From the IMG/VR virus record IMGVR_UViG_3300036760_000327, positions 32,001-96,000 of that record: DNA of 64,000 bases, one strand, 5' to 3'. The stretch is from a virus. Below the pieces are notes generated by a model, which saw nothing but the letters and a program-made list of their open reading frames with translations, had not been told where the DNA came from and did not search any database. The position numbers and the translations under genes are program-made. Numbering within the stretch: position 1 is the first letter of the stretch; each line of letters starts with the position of its first letter. This document shows positions 62,904 to 64,000 of the stretch, in pieces.

Positions 62904-64000
62904 TAAAATTTTATATTAATTTGCTGGGACAAAGCGGCCAATTCTTTTATTCCCTCGTCTAAACTATCCGTAAAAGTATCTATATAATATCCTTCAACCT
63001 GGGAAGCATATTCTTTAACTTTCCCGATTGCTTCTTCTATTGTATCTCCAACAGCTACCACAGCCGCAATTTCGGGTATTCCTACTAGTTGTGGAACAAC
63101 ATAATATTCTTTGTTAATAATGGTTAAATTTCTAAGTTTTATATTTTTTCGTATGCCAGAAGGAAATTGCACAGCTTGCCAATTCTTATCTGCCCACATA
63201 GACTGTATTAACAATTCTGCGCCGTACGTATATGAACAAATAGGATCAATTAATTTACCGTTTGCTCCGTTCCATATAATATCCGACAAATTCTCTATCA
63301 TAATTTGGTATAACTCGCCAGGCGGACTTCCCATACGAGTGCAGGGATCTAAAAAATATGGTATCTTATTTTTTATACGTAACTCAGATGAAAAAAAATT
63401 TCTATATCTATAACTTTTTAAAACGGGAGATAAGCGCTCATTAACATAAGAAATCTGTTTAGGCATTTTAGAAGCATCTGTAAATTTTTCTAAATAACCT
63501 TTGTCCTTAACTTCTATTCCATAAAAAGCACTTCTTGGAAATTGTCCGTCAATTGTATATCCATCATAACCAATCTCTATGGCATCATCTATGGCATCCT
63601 CGACAATAAACTTCGTAATACTATTTTTTGCCCCCAATAAATATTCTATTTCATTTAATTTTGGTTCAATTAATTTATAATTTTTAGACGGAAAGGTTTC
63701 AAAATCTCCACGAGTAACATTTATTTTTATCCATTTATTATCATTCAATTTCAAATATTTACGAAGATTATCCATTCCAATAATAACTTCATATTTATTT
63801 ATGGGAATTTTTAAACTTTTAAAAAGTTGTTTTGTTTTATCCCTTTGTAATTCTAATTGTTCTCCCTTCCGGCTTCCCCATACTCTTTTTCCTAATTTTT
63901 CCAAATGTAATTGCAGCGGACCAAAATATATATCAGGAAATACAAATAAATCTATATCATCAATAATACTCCAGAAATCATTAACTCTAGTGATTCCAGG
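62903..64000 (-). CDS. ATP-grasp ligase, PurD/GARS-like (5' end lies beyond the window)
   Basis: The frame is open to position 64000. GEQLELQRDKTK, KWIK, FIVEDAID..IEIG, GIEVK, PCTRMGSP, VVAVGDTIEEA. Confidence 0.7.
   Translation of the reverse strand, partial: PGITRVNDFWSIIDDIDLFVFPDIYFGPLQLHLEKLGKRVWGSRKGEQLELQRDKTKQLFKSLKIPINKYEVIIGMDNLRKYLKLNDNKWIKINVTRGDFETFPSKNYKLIEPKLNEIEYLLGAKNSITKFIVEDAIDDAIEIGYDGYTIDGQFPRSAFYGIEVKDKGYLEKFTDASKMPKQISYVNERLSPVLKSYRYRNFFSSELRIKNKIPYFLDPCTRMGSPPGELYQIMIENLSDIIWNGANGKLIDPICSYTYGAELLIQSMWADKNWQAVQFPSGIRKNIKLRNLTIINKEYYVVPQLVGIPEIAAVVAVGDTIEEAIGKVKEYASQVEGYYIDTFTDSLDEGIKELAALSQQINIKF

Noticed and set aside
1-64000. Genome-wide stop-codon reassignment (TAG to Gln) as the explanation for fragmented genes
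   Set aside because: Genes are long and intact in code 11. TAG ends several genes directly before the next RBS or start (26070, 43140, 55372, 56415). The capsid fragmentation is fully explained by introns.

Overview
This is a 64 kb AT-rich segment of a tailed bacteriophage genome with a podovirus-like, SU10-type portal and capsid module. The host is probably an anaerobe, inferred from the Fe-S/B12 enzymes and an NrdJ fragment. Positions 1-10.97 kb (+ strand) hold a T4-like recombination module: UvsY-like, gp32-like SSB, DEDD exonuclease, RecA/UvsX with a LAGLIDADG intein, Mre11/Rad50 (gp47/gp46), plus HNH nucleases and two DNA methyltransferases. Positions 10.98-64 kb (- strand, read right to left) encode an ATP-grasp ligase, terminase, portal, scaffold, major capsid, adaptor and tail genes, ejection proteins, an ~11 kb sugar-modification cluster and lysis genes. 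Main findings: (1) The major capsid gene is missing from the ORF track because five group I introns split it into six exons. I reconstructed a stop-free 395-aa product. Three introns carry LAGLIDADG endonucleases, and one ORF-less intron is only 171 nt. (2) Two radical SAM/SPASM enzymes, a PanC-like HxGH protein and two possible GNAT proteins sit inside the tail operon, just upstream of three C1q-like proteins. One of these carries eight tandem C-x-C-[N/D/Y]-x-x-C-Y repeats, a candidate RiPP-like system for cross-linking a virion protein. (3) The glycosylation cluster shares a promoter-like motif with the recombination operon, and its first gene has an in-frame TAG. (4) The gp32-like SSB appears circularly permuted. 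All family assignments come from motif recognition by eye; no database search was run.
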